In this document: positions 1-8,771 of the stretch, in pieces | Layout of the letters: the number at the start of each line of letters is the position of its first letter | Position numbering within the stretch: the first letter of the stretch is position 1 | DNA from: Pseudomonadota bacterium | GTDB taxonomy: Bacteria > Pseudomonadota > Gammaproteobacteria > Xanthomonadales > Rhodanobacteraceae | Direction of reading: 5' to 3' | Length of the DNA: 64,000 bases | NCBI GenBank assembly: GCA_021792975.1 | Contig: JAJYTR010000002.1 | Coordinates: forward strand, 29,703 to 93,702 | Translations under genes and position numbers: made by a program | The notes under the pieces: model-generated | What the model was told of the DNA's origin: nothing | Databases searched by the model: none | The model's input: only the letters and a program-made list of their open reading frames with translations

Positions 1-707
1 TAATGCGCACCGAGCGTATCGACGATCAGAGCCAGGCGATCACCAACCAGCGCCATGCGTGCAGGCAGTACGCAATGATCAGCGTCATAGGCGTATAGAC
101 TGCCATAGTGCAGCACGGTCTTGCCGGCGGCATTTTGAAACGACAGCGTGTTGTGCGTGAGCATGACGTGGAGCGCGCTGTGCAACTTGAAACTCAGTAT
201 CGCCGTAGCGGCTGGCCGCGCGGGATGGGTGAGGGTGAAACCCTGCTCGATGCCCAGTGGACTGTTGATGTACCACTCTGTGAGGCTTGTACCACGGGTC
301 AGCGCGATGCGCGTGCCATCGATCCGGGGTGGGACACTTGGTGCCAGCGCAATGTTTTGCGTGCCTTGGCGGTAACCTGTGAGTCGCAGTGCGAGCGCGT
401 CGCTGCCGACAATCGTGACCGTCGTGCCGACATGGCCGACATGTAGATCGAGATGCTGGACCGAATTGGCCAAGCGCGCACCGTTGCGGCTGGGTATCGT
501 GTGCCACGCCCACGGCAAATGTCGCGCGGTCTGCTGCGCAACTGAAGACACGAGCGCTGGCGGCAGCGCAAACGCATGGAGATGGCTGTTGATGACGGCC
601 AGATCGGATGCATTCTGGCCGGGGCTTGCTGTGATGGCGTCGGTTGCGGGACCGACGCCAAGCAACACAACCCATGCCACGACAACACATGCAACGCGAT
701 AACGCAT
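1..707 (-). CDS. Secreted protein, N-terminal part (runs off left edge); domain typical of FG-GAP/beta-propeller repeat surface proteins
   Basis: Absent from the ORF track because there is no stop in the window. Manual translation from ATG 707 (GGAGG RBS upstream): MRYRVACVVVAWVVLLGVG... signal-like N-terminus, then EWYINSPLGIEQGFTL and HYGSLYAYDAD..LPARM...VDTLGAH, motifs recognised from N-terminal domains of FG-GAP repeat proteins; open to position 1. Confidence 0.65.
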   Translation of the reverse strand, partial: MRYRVACVVVAWVVLLGVGPATDAITASPGQNASDLAVINSHLHAFALPPALVSSVAQQTARHLPWAWHTIPSRNGARLANSVQHLDLHVGHVGTTVTIVGSDALALRLTGYRQGTQNIALAPSVPPRIDGTRIALTRGTSLTEWYINSPLGIEQGFTLTHPARPAATAILSFKLHSALHVMLTHNTLSFQNAAGKTVLHYGSLYAYDADHCVLPARMALVGDRLALIVDTLGAH

Positions 708-935
708 GATCGAACCTCCGTACAATTAATCCATGGCAAATGCGGCGACGTGCGGCGTGGCTCACGCACGGTGAGCGCTAATGCGCCCACTTTGTCGAAT
801 CCACATTGACGCCGACCCCCTGTTTCCCCAAGCCATCAGGCGCAAGCAGTACAGCGCATGAATTCACTACGCTCAACATACAAAACAGTAATGTTGTTAA
901 ATGCCCAGGATTCGCGGGACCGGGGCGCGGTCGCG

Positions 936-971
936 TCGTCGCTGCTGTTCGTCGCTGCTGTTCGTCGCTGC
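936..971 (+). repeat. 13-bp tandem repeat (TCGTCGCTGCTGT x ~2.8)
   Basis: Read directly at 936-948, 949-961 and 962-971 (partial). Confidence 0.8.
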
Positions 972-1096
972 AGCGGCGTCCATGGCTTTGGGCGAGCGCA
1001 TGCCGAAGCCGCAGCAGGGCCGCTGGCCCTATGCTTGAACAATCCGATGCCGCACTGCGAGAGATTCGGCTCAGGTGCCGGCGGCGCGCGTGATGC

Positions 1097-2425
1097 TTAC
1101 TCCAACGCCGCGAACGCCTCGCGGGTGAGGTTGTGCGCGTCGCCGCGGGTGCACAGCACGTCGTCCTCGATGCGGATGCCGCCGCAGGGCGCGAGCTGCT
1201 CGACGCGCGCCCAGTCCACCTCGCCGCTGGCCGCGCCGGCGCGCAGCGGCTCCAGCAGCAGCGGGATGAAGTACAGCCCCGGCTCGATGGTCACCACCAT
1301 GCCCGCCTCCAGCGTGCGCGTCAGGCGCAGGTAGGGATGCTCGGGTGGCGGCGGCGTGCGTCCGCCCTCGGGCCCGCTCTGGTGGCCGCCGATGTCGTGC
1401 ACCTGCAAGCCCAGCAGGTGGCCGAGCCCATGCGGCAGGAACGCGCGCGTGATGCCCTGTTCGAACGCCGCCTCGGCCGAGCAGCGCACCAGGCCGTGCT
1501 GTGCCAGCACGCCGCCCAGCAGGCGGTGCGCCTCCTCGTGCAGCGCCGGGTAGCTCTGTCCGGCGCGCACGCCCAGGCACAGGATCTGCTGCATCTCCTC
1601 CATGGACGCGACCAGCGCGGCGAAGTCGTCTTGTCCGGGCGCAACGTGGGTGCGGGTGATGTCGCTGGCGTAGCCGGCGTACTGGCCGCCGGCGTCGATC
1701 AGCAGACTGCGCGGCGCCGCCGGCCGCGCGCGCTCCAGCCGCGTGTAGTGCAGCACCGCGCCGTGCGCGTCCACGCCGATGATGTTGGCGTAGGGCAGCT
1801 CGCACTCGGCCTGGCCGCTGGCGGCGAGGTAGGCAAGGTGGATCTCGAACTCGCTGGCGCCGCCGGCGAAGGCCTGCGCCGCCGCGCGGTGGCCGCGCGC
1901 AGCAATCCGGCTGGCGGCACGCATCAGCGTGATCTCGTAGGGCGTCTTGCAGGCGCGCGACCAGTGCAGCCGTGCCAGCAGCGCGGGCGGGTTGTTGGGC
2001 GCGAGGTCGCTGCCGGCGGCGCCGTCCTCGCCGACGATGGCGCTGCGCTCGCCCAGCAGGCGCTCCAGCTCGACGCGCGCGGCGTGCTCGTCGGCCACGG
2101 TGACGATGTCGAAGTGCTCGACCCAGCAGCCCTGCGGATCCTCCGGCACCACGTGCCAGTAGTCGCGCGGTTGCAGGAACACCAGCCGCGGCCGCCGCCC
2201 CGGTTCGTGCACGATCCACGAGCCCGGCGCGGCGGTCAGCGGCAGCCAGCGCAGGAAGTGCGGGCTGGCCGCGAACGGCGGTGCCTGGTCGTCGAGGAAG
2301 CGCAGCCGCGGCGTGCCGGCCGCGATCAGCAGGCGGTCGAATCCGCAGTCGGACAGCGCGGCGTCGGCTTCCTGCGTCAGTTGTTCGAGGTGCTGCGCGT
2401 ACAGGGCAGCGAGGGCTTGGCTCAT
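1097..2425 (-). CDS. pepQ: Xaa-Pro dipeptidase (prolidase, M24B)
   Basis: DAG..YAGYASDITRT, HGLGHLLGLQVHD, TIEPGLYF and GGIRIEDD metal-binding motifs. Confidence 0.95.
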   Translation of the reverse strand: MSQALAALYAQHLEQLTQEADAALSDCGFDRLLIAAGTPRLRFLDDQAPPFAASPHFLRWLPLTAAPGSWIVHEPGRRPRLVFLQPRDYWHVVPEDPQGCWVEHFDIVTVADEHAARVELERLLGERSAIVGEDGAAGSDLAPNNPPALLARLHWSRACKTPYEITLMRAASRIAARGHRAAAQAFAGGASEFEIHLAYLAASGQAECELPYANIIGVDAHGAVLHYTRLERARPAAPRSLLIDAGGQYAGYASDITRTHVAPGQDDFAALVASMEEMQQILCLGVRAGQSYPALHEEAHRLLGGVLAQHGLVRCSAEAAFEQGITRAFLPHGLGHLLGLQVHDIGGHQSGPEGGRTPPPPEHPYLRLTRTLEAGMVVTIEPGLYFIPLLLEPLRAGAASGEVDWARVEQLAPCGGIRIEDDVLCTRGDAHNLTREAFAALE

Positions 2426-2534
2426 GGCGTCGTCGGTGAGGCTGTGCGATGCGAGGGCGCAGTGTTGCCGTCGCGCCGGCGGGCGGCAAGCGCGGGTGCA
2501 GCATGCGCGGCGTGCGGGATGCGGGCGCCGGGCC

Positions 2535-2882
2535 TCAGCGCGCGGCGTATTCGGGCTGCCTGACCCAGGCGTCCAGCAGCGCCTGTTCGGCGTTGCCGAT
2601 GTCGATGATGCGCAGGCCGATCCAGAACTGCCCCGGCGTCACCGCGGCGCTGGTCCACTGCTCGTGCACGCCGATCTCGACGGCGTGCGCGCGGCCGTCG
2701 GCGCCGGGCAGGTCGAAGCGGACCTGGTACAGCGCGTTCTCGCGCAGGCGGCGCGGCGCGATCAGCATCAGGCCGGTGCTGGAGAGGTTGCCGATGCGGC
2801 CCAGGCTGGCGCCGTTGAGGCTGTTCTCCACCAGCATCACGCCGCTGATGGATTTGCGCTGGGCACGGCGCAGGTCGTTCAT
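2535..2882 (-). CDS. PilZ domain protein
   Basis: MNDLRRAQRK (RxxxR) and NLSSTG (D/NxSxxG) motifs; ATG at 2882 overlaps the stop of the upstream DUF1631 gene. Confidence 0.85.
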   Translation of the reverse strand: MNDLRRAQRKSISGVMLVENSLNGASLGRIGNLSSTGLMLIAPRRLRENALYQVRFDLPGADGRAHAVEIGVHEQWTSAAVTPGQFWIGLRIIDIGNAEQALLDAWVRQPEYAAR

Positions 2883-5332
2883 GCCGGCGCTCCGGCGGGA
2901 GCGAGCTCGGGGCCGCGCCCGGAGAACTTGCGCAGCGTCTCGACGATGGCGTTCCAGGCGCGGTCGACCAGGCTGGTCTGCGTTTCGGCATCGGCCACCA
3001 GGCGCACCTGGCCGCGCACCAGGTCGCGCGCCAGCCGCGCCAGCGTGCGTTCCTCGGCGCGCTGGCCGCGCTGATTGACGAACAGGCAGCGCCCGGTGGT
3101 GGGCGAGAACCAGGCCAGCTTGCGGCGCACGGTGTCGCCCTGCTGGTTGCGCTGGAACTCGAACCAGCTGCCGAAGGGGACGCTCTTCAGCCGTTCCAGC
3201 ATGCGCTGCTCGTCGGCGTTCAGTGGCGCCTCCACCGGCTTGCCGGCGGCATCGCCCGCCTCCTCGCCCAGGCGCTGGCGCTGCTTGAGCTTCATCGCCA
3301 GTTCGGTCTGCGACACTGGCTCGCCGCTGAAGTCCACCACCGGCTGGTCCAGCACCTTGCGCGCGATCGCCTCGGCGTCGGGCGTGTGCAGGCCCACCTG
3401 CTGCAGGCCGTGCTGCACCTCGGTCTGCAGCTTGCCGGGGTCGTCCTCGGGGTTGCGCTTGAGCAGGGCATCGACGGTGGCGATGCGCTCTCGGAACACC
3501 TCGCTCTCCTCGCCGTGGCGCAGGATGGCCAGCGCCAGCGCGTCCACCCAGGCCTGTTCCAGCAGCGTGCGCACCAGCGACGAGGGGCGCATGCCCACCA
3601 GCCGCTGCGCGATGATTTCCTCGGCGCGTGCGCGCGCCTGCTCCAGACGGTCGCGGCCCTGCGCCGCCTCGACGTGGCGACGCTCGGTCATCTCGGCGCG
3701 GCGCGCCAGCGTCTGCATGTGCCGCTCGAGGTCGTGCAGCAGGTGCGCGTACAGGCCGGAATCGCCGTCGTACTCGTGCAGCAGGCGCTCGGTGACCGAC
3801 TGCATCTTCTGCACCAGCGCGGGATCGGCCTCGCCGTCGCTGCTGTCCACCCAGTAGGCCGCAGTCTCGGTCACCGTGTTCAGCAGCCGGCGCGCCGGAT
3901 GGTTGCGCTCGGAGAAGAACGTGGGGTCGTCCAGCGCCGTGCGCAGCAGCGGCACCTGCAGCCTGCCCAGGAAGCGCTGCGCGGCGCCGCCCATGCACAC
4001 CTCGCGCTGCAGGTTGTCGAACAGCATGCCCACCAGATCGACGGTGTCGCGCTGCACCGGCGCGAGCTGCGGCGCCTTGCCGTCCTGGCTGAAGCGGCGC
4101 AACTGGCCCTGCAGATCCTGGCGCAGCCGCTGCGTGGTCGCGCCGGGCTTGCCGCCGGGCACCTGCGGGCGCGACTGCAGCGCCTGCAGCGCGGCCTGGA
4201 CCTGCTGCGGTGTCGCCGCCGGGCCCTCGCCGCCGCCCTCGGGCTCGCCGATCATGCGCCGCCGCTGCGCCAGCAGCTCGCGCAAATTGTCGAACAGCGG
4301 CAGTGCGTCGGCCTCGGCCGCGGCCGGACCGCTGAGGCCGTGCTGGCCCACTGCTCCACCCATGCCGCCGTGGCCGGCCAGTCCGGCGGCAGCCGTGCCT
4401 GCACGGCCTGCCGCCGGGCCGTGCGTCACGGCGGCCCATGCGCCGGGATCGCCGGCTGCCGAGCCGGCGCCGGAGGCGTAGCCGCCGCCGCCGGCCGGTC
4501 CCACGCGCCCGCCCGCGCTGCCGCCGCCCTCGGCCGCCGTCGCGGTGCGTTCGCCGAGTGTGGTGCCCTGCTGCTGCGGCGCCGCGCCGCGCGCGCGCGT
4601 CTCGCCGCTGCGCGCGCGCCGGTACACCACCAGGTTGGGCAGGATCCGGCGCGTCGCCAGAAGCTGGTTGATCCCGGTGTAGAACGCGGCGGCATCGCCC
4701 ATCGCGTATTTCTCGAACAGGCGCCAGGCCAGCACGCGATGCGCGGTGGGCAGATCCAGCTCGGCCACCGCGCCGCGCAGCGCGGTCAGCACGCGCTGCG
4801 GTCCGCAGGGCACGCGCTCGGCCTCGAACACCGGCAGCGCCGCCAGCACCGCCATGCGGTGGCACAGCTCGTACAGCGCCTCGCTGGCGCGCACCTCGGC
4901 GCGGCTGGCCACCTCGCGCAGCGCCAGGTCCTCCTCGAACACGTGTTCCTGCATCAGCTCCAGCCTGGATTCGCCGGTCGCGGCCGCGGGCAGCGGCTCG
5001 GGCTCCCGATCGAAGGCCGCCAGATCCGACTCGACGGCGGCGGCGAAGCGCGGGCCGATGTCGGCGCGGCCGCGCTTGACCTCGCGCAGGCTGGCATAGG
5101 CCACCTCCTGCTCGGCGTTGTTGCGCGCCTGCTCGGCCGCCTTGAACAACTGCTGCTCCAGCTCGTTCAGCGCATCGCGCAGCGCCGGTTCGAAGCTCGC
5201 GTTCAGCGCACGGCACAGATCGTCCAGCACGCCGCGCACGCGCGGCGGAATGTCCGCGCGATCGGCGATGCGGGCCACCCCGGCGCGCTTGCGCACTTGG
5301 CGACGCCTGTCCACAGGCAAGGCCATGCCCAT
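2879..5332 (-). CDS. DUF1631 family protein
   Basis: HPARRLLN motif and C-terminal FGSWFEF...RRKLAWFSP..GRCLFVNQRG; Gly/Ala-rich central linker; start may be 5326. Confidence 0.85.
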   Translation of the reverse strand: MGMALPVDRRRQVRKRAGVARIADRADIPPRVRGVLDDLCRALNASFEPALRDALNELEQQLFKAAEQARNNAEQEVAYASLREVKRGRADIGPRFAAAVESDLAAFDREPEPLPAAATGESRLELMQEHVFEEDLALREVASRAEVRASEALYELCHRMAVLAALPVFEAERVPCGPQRVLTALRGAVAELDLPTAHRVLAWRLFEKYAMGDAAAFYTGINQLLATRRILPNLVVYRRARSGETRARGAAPQQQGTTLGERTATAAEGGGSAGGRVGPAGGGGYASGAGSAAGDPGAWAAVTHGPAAGRAGTAAAGLAGHGGMGGAVGQHGLSGPAAAEADALPLFDNLRELLAQRRRMIGEPEGGGEGPAATPQQVQAALQALQSRPQVPGGKPGATTQRLRQDLQGQLRRFSQDGKAPQLAPVQRDTVDLVGMLFDNLQREVCMGGAAQRFLGRLQVPLLRTALDDPTFFSERNHPARRLLNTVTETAAYWVDSSDGEADPALVQKMQSVTERLLHEYDGDSGLYAHLLHDLERHMQTLARRAEMTERRHVEAAQGRDRLEQARARAEEIIAQRLVGMRPSSLVRTLLEQAWVDALALAILRHGEESEVFRERIATVDALLKRNPEDDPGKLQTEVQHGLQQVGLHTPDAEAIARKVLDQPVVDFSGEPVSQTELAMKLKQRQRLGEEAGDAAGKPVEAPLNADEQRMLERLKSVPFGSWFEFQRNQQGDTVRRKLAWFSPTTGRCLFVNQRGQRAEERTLARLARDLVRGQVRLVADAETQTSLVDRAWNAIVETLRKFSGRGPELAPAGAPA

Positions 5333-5495
5333 CCCCTATCTCCGGCTCATGCCTTTATAGCGCGCCCCCACGGACGCGGCCACCGGGCCGCCCGCCGCGC
5401 GCGGTGCTTGTTACAGCGCGTGGCGAGCGGGTGGCTGGCAGACGGGTCAAGCAAAAGCGGGGCCAGAGGGTGGCCGGCGCTGTCTTGCTTTCTGA

Positions 5496-5644
5496 CGTCA
5501 TCCCGGGGCCGCCGCAGGCGGAACCCGGGATCCAGTGCCCTGGCTGGAATGGCCTGGCTCGCGGCAGTTCGAGCGGGTGGCGCACGCATCTGCGTGGCGC
5601 CCGTCTGGATCCCGGCTCGGCCCTGCGGGCCGTCCGGGGTGACG
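5496..5644. repeat. REP-doublet unit 1 (149 bp)
   Basis: CGTCATCCCGG...CCCGGGATCCAG-[conserved spacer]-CTGGATCCCGG...CCGGGGTGACG; nested inverted repeats; near-identical to units at 6488, 7674 and 7900. Confidence 0.9.
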
Positions 5645-5772
5645 TCGCTTTATCACTGTCATCCTCGCGAACGCGAGGCAAATCGGGCGTTTCCAAAGCG
5701 CGGGGTACTCGACGTGGCCTCGTGGCTGCCCGGGATTCGCGCGATACTGGGCCGAAGCCCGAGGGTCTGGTC

Positions 5773-5979
5773 ATGCTGTTCACTGCTGTCCTGCTACCTG
5801 CCGCGGAAGGCGGTTTTGTTGCACTGAATCCGGAAACGGGATCGACCTCGCAAGGCGATACGATCGAGGAGGCGCTGGCCAATCTGCGTGAGGCGACGGC
5901 GCTGTATATCGAGGAGTTTCCGATTGTCGGCGCAGGCCGGCCGCTGGTGACGACTTTCGAAGTGGAACGGCATGCCTAG
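5773..5979 (+). CDS. hicB: HicB family antitoxin (short, no DNA-binding domain)
   Basis: EGGFVALNPETGSTSQGDTIEEALANLREATALY HicB signature; 68 aa; overlaps the hicA start. Confidence 0.85.
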   Translation: MLFTAVLLPAAEGGFVALNPETGSTSQGDTIEEALANLREATALYIEEFPIVGAGRPLVTTFEVERHA

Positions 5980-6193
5980 CCTGCCGCATGTTTCGGGCGA
6001 GACCGTGGTGCGGGTACTGACAGACATGGGTTTCGTGGTCGCGCGCCAGCGCGGCAGCCATGTGGTGTTGCGCCGTGGTGCGACGGGATGCGTGGTGCCG
6101 CTGCATCGGGAACTGAAGGTCGGTACATTGGCCGGCGTGCTGAAGCAGGCGGGCTTGACGGTGCAAGAGTTCGTCGAGGCGTTGCGCGCCTGA
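5972..6193 (+). CDS. hicA: HicA family mRNA interferase toxin
   Basis: GFVVARQRGSHVVL..VVPLH.ELKVGTLAGVLKQAGL; catalytic GSH motif. Confidence 0.9.
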   Translation: MPSLPHVSGETVVRVLTDMGFVVARQRGSHVVLRRGATGCVVPLHRELKVGTLAGVLKQAGLTVQEFVEALRA

Positions 6194-6306
6194 TGTCGTC
6201 GGTACGTGGCGGTTTCCGGCAACGCCCGGCTTGTACGCTGTCGATGCGCAGCCGCATAGCGGAAGGTCTGCGCCGGCGGCTGGCAGGGTGGCGTTCTCTT
6301 TTCGGG

Positions 6307-6411
6307 TGTCCCCCGCAGAGCTCGCCCCTGCGAAGGCGGGGGCGGGGATCCAGTGGCACTGCGCGCGCCCGTCTGGATCCCGGCTCGGCCCTGCGGGCCG
6401 TCCGGGATGAC
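6307..6411. repeat. Variant REP-doublet unit (different left arm, short spacer)
   Basis: ...GCGGGGATCCAG-N-CTGGATCCCGGCTCGGCCCTGCGGGCCGTCCGGGATGAC; right arm identical to that of units 2-5. Confidence 0.8.
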
Positions 6412-6487
6412 AGCCAAAGGGGGGCGTCGTCCGGGGTGACAGCCAAAAAGGGGAGCGCGCCGCCGGAGGCGACGTTTTGTTTTCTGA

Positions 6488-6636
6488 CGTCATCCCGGGG
6501 CCGCCGCAGGCGGAACCCGGGATCCAGTGCCCTGGCTGGAATGGCCTGGCTCGCGGCAGTTCGAGCGGGTGGCGCACGCATCTGCGTGGCGCCTGTCTGG
6601 ATCCCGGCTCGGCCCTGCGGGCCGTCCGGGATGACA
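6488..6636. repeat. REP-doublet unit 2 (149 bp)
   Basis: Near-identical to 5496-5644; the preceding linker 6412-6487 recurs at ~7822-7899. Confidence 0.9.
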
Positions 6637-6814
6637 GTCAAAAGGGAAGCGTCGTCGGGGGTGACGGCCAAAAGGGGAGGCGCCGTCCGGAATGGCGTGC
6701 CAATCCGGCGCCGCGTGCCGTCGGAGATGACATCGGCAGAAAGGGTGCCCGGATTGGCCTGGGGTCGGCCACGGCCAGTGGCCCAGGCCCCGAGGTTGCC
6801 CTTCACGCTGCCAT

Positions 6815-6835
6815 TGTACGGTGAAATGACGTACA
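6815..6835. promoter_or_regulatory. Putative autoregulatory operator of the DUF1778/GNAT TA operon
   Basis: Inverted repeat TGTACG-N9-CGTACA overlapping a TACACT -10-like hexamer, 25 bp upstream of the antitoxin ATG. Confidence 0.55.
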
Positions 6836-6860
6836 CTACCGCCCTCCGACGAGAGCCGCC

Positions 6861-7151
6861 ATGCCTACCCCGGAACCCACCCGCACCGCCCGCGTCGAAG
6901 CACGCATCGCGCCTGACGCCCTGGCGGTCGTGCGCCGTGCCGCCGAACTCCAGGGTCGCAGCGTCAGTGACTTCCTGGTGGCCGCCGCGCTGAAAGATGC
7001 GCAGCGCATGATCGAGGACGCGCAGATCATTCGCCTTGCCGTCGACGACCAGCAGCGTTTCGCCGAACGGCTGCTGAGCCCGCCGCCGCTTGCGCCCGCC
7101 ATGAAGCGCGCGCTCAAGGCCCGCAAACGCCTGATCGCCGGCGCGAAGTGA
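6861..7151 (+). CDS. DUF1778 (RHH) antitoxin, TacA/AtaR-like
   Basis: RVEARI....VVRRAAELQGRSVSDFLVAAA...IIRL...QQRFAERLLSPP pattern. Confidence 0.9.
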   Translation: MPTPEPTRTARVEARIAPDALAVVRRAAELQGRSVSDFLVAAALKDAQRMIEDAQIIRLAVDDQQRFAERLLSPPPLAPAMKRALKARKRLIAGAK

Positions 7152-7651
7152 CGGCGCCGTTCCGCATCGGGGCGCTGGGCCGCGCCCATCTCCGGGACGG
7201 TTTTTCCTGCGGCGTCGAAGCGCTGGACCGCTATCTGGCGCATCAGGCCGGCCAGGATGTCCGGCGCCGCATCAGCGCGTGCTATGTCGCCGTCGAGGTC
7301 GGTAGCGGCAAGATCGCCGGTTACTACACCCTCGCGGCCGCCAGCGTGCCGCTGACCGACTTGCCCGGGACTCTGAGCAAGCGGCTGCCGCGCTACCCCT
7401 GCGTGCCGGTGGCCCGGGTCGGGCGTCTGGCCGTCGACCGGGCCTTTCACGGGCGCAAGCTCGGCAGCGCGTTGCTGGCGGACGCCGCGGTACGGGCGGC
7501 CCGCTCGGAGGTCGCAGTGTTCGCCCTGGTGGTTGACGCCAAGGACGACGCGGCCGCGGCGTTCTACCGTCACCACGGATTCGAGAGCTTCGGCGGCAAG
7601 GCCAGGAGGTTGTTCGTGCCGCTCAGGCACTTCGCGCCGACGGTCGAATAA
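7148..7651 (+). CDS. GNAT toxin (aminoacyl-tRNA acetyltransferase, TacT/AtaT-like)
   Basis: FSCGVEALDRYL, GYYTLAA, LPRYP.VP, GRLAVD..FHGRKLGSALL, VDAKD..A..FY..HGF; GTGA overlap with the antitoxin. Confidence 0.9.
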   Translation: MTAPFRIGALGRAHLRDGFSCGVEALDRYLAHQAGQDVRRRISACYVAVEVGSGKIAGYYTLAAASVPLTDLPGTLSKRLPRYPCVPVARVGRLAVDRAFHGRKLGSALLADAAVRAARSEVAVFALVVDAKDDAAAAFYRHHGFESFGGKARRLFVPLRHFAPTVE

Positions 7652-7673
7652 TGAACCGCCGATTGTTTTCTGA

Positions 7674-7822
7674 CGTCATCCCGGGGCCGCCGCAGGCGGA
7701 ACCCGGGATCCAGTGCCCTGGCTGGAATGGCCTGGCTCGCGGCAGTTCGAGCGGGTGGCGCACGCATCTGCGTGGCGCCCATCTGGATCCCGGCTCGGCC
7801 CTGCGGGCCGTCCGGGATGACA
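7674..7822. repeat. REP-doublet unit 3 (149 bp)
   Basis: Near-identical to units 1 and 2; starts 22 bp after the toxin stop. Confidence 0.9.
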
Positions 7823-7899
7823 GCCAAAAGGGGGGGCGTCGTCCGGGGTGACAGCCAAAAAGGGGAGCGCGCCGTCTAAGGCGACGTTTTGCTTGCTGA

Positions 7900-8048
7900 C
7901 GTCATCCCGGGGCCGCCGCAGGCGGAACCCGGGATCCAGTGCCCTGGCTGGAATGGCTTGGCTCGCGACAGTTCGAGCGGGTGGCGCGCGCATCTGCGTG
8001 GCGCCCGTCTGGATCCCGGCTCGGCCCTGCGGGCCGTCCGGGATGACA
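7900..8048. repeat. REP-doublet unit 4 (149 bp)
   Basis: Same sequence with a few substitutions in the spacer. Confidence 0.9.
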
Positions 8049-8091
8049 GCCAAAAGTGAGGTGCCGTCAGAGGCGACGTTTTGTTTTCTGA

Positions 8092-8260
8092 CGTCATCCC
8101 GGGGCCGCCGCAGGCGGAACCCGGGATCCAGTCGTACTGCGGCGCGCTTGTCTGGATCCCGGCTCGGCCCTGCGGGCCGTCCGGGATGACGGCCAAAAGG
8201 GGGGCGCCGTCCAGGATGACAGCCAAAAGGGGGAGGCGCCGTCCGGGATGGCAGCCAAAA
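8092..8260. repeat. REP-doublet unit 5 (100 bp, short spacer) plus trailing half-site copies
   Basis: Same arms at 8092-8191 with a different short spacer, followed by TCC(A/G)GGATG(A/G)CAGCCAAAA copies. Confidence 0.85.
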
Positions 8261-8286
8261 AGAAGGGCCGCGCAGGGCGGCCCTTC
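8257..8286 (-). terminator. Rho-independent terminator of pilA
   Basis: 10-bp stem GAAGGGCCGC/GCGGCCCTTC with 5-nt loop and U-tract on the minus strand, 23 bp after the pilA stop. Confidence 0.8.
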
Positions 8287-8309
8287 GGGCACTCGGGCTG
8301 CGGCTGGGA

Positions 8310-8771
8310 TCAGCGGCAGGAGGAGGGCAGGTACTGATTGCCCAACTTTGCCAAGTTGCCAGACTTGCAAGTCCAGTTGATGCTGCCGGTACTGGTGATC
8401 GGCGACAGGTCAAGGATTCCACCCACGATTTGAGTGTTCGCCTTGTTACCGAAAGCAGAATTACCGTTCGTGCCGTACTGCACCTGAATGATGCCGTTGG
8501 TTCCGACGGTGACGCTTCCGACATAGTTGCCGCCGATGCTCGAGGGGCTGGCAATTCCGGCGGAAGCATTCGACGCAGGCGGATAGCCTTTATTCGTGTA
8601 GAACTCGGCAACGGCCGTCTTGGCGCCATCCGCCAGCGACATGCCTTCCGACACCTGCGCACGGATCACGTAGTTCTGGTAGGCCGGAATGGCGATCGCG
8701 GCCAGGATAGCGATGATCGCGACCACGATCATCAGTTCGATCAGGGTGAAGCCCTTCTGCATCGTCTTCAT
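8310..8771 (-). CDS. pilA: Type IVa major pilin
   Basis: [34 protein letters not shown] class III signal; C-terminal disulfide loop WTC...YLPSSCR; GAGG RBS. Confidence 0.95.
   Translation of the reverse strand: MKTMQKGFTLIELMIVVAIIAILAAIAIPAYQNYVIRAQVSEGMSLADGAKTAVAEFYTNKGYPPASNASAGIASPSSIGGNYVGSVTVGTNGIIQVQYGTNGNSAFGNKANTQIVGGILDLSPITSTGSINWTCKSGNLAKLGNQYLPSSCR

Noticed and set aside
85-790. ORFs listed in the track at the left edge
   Set aside because: Shadows of the edge-truncated minus-strand gene starting at 707
5496-8260. CRISPR array
   Set aside because: Units are ~100-150 bp with conserved internal spacers and irregular spacing; no cas genes
5496-8260. Classical integron attC sites
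   Set aside because: No RYYYAAC...GTTRRRY core sites at unit ends and no intI in the window
5347-8662. ORFs spanning the repeats (AVIPDGPQGRAGIQ / SDVIPGPPQAEPGIQ translations)
   Set aside because: Translations of stop-poor palindromic repeats; no RBS or family motifs
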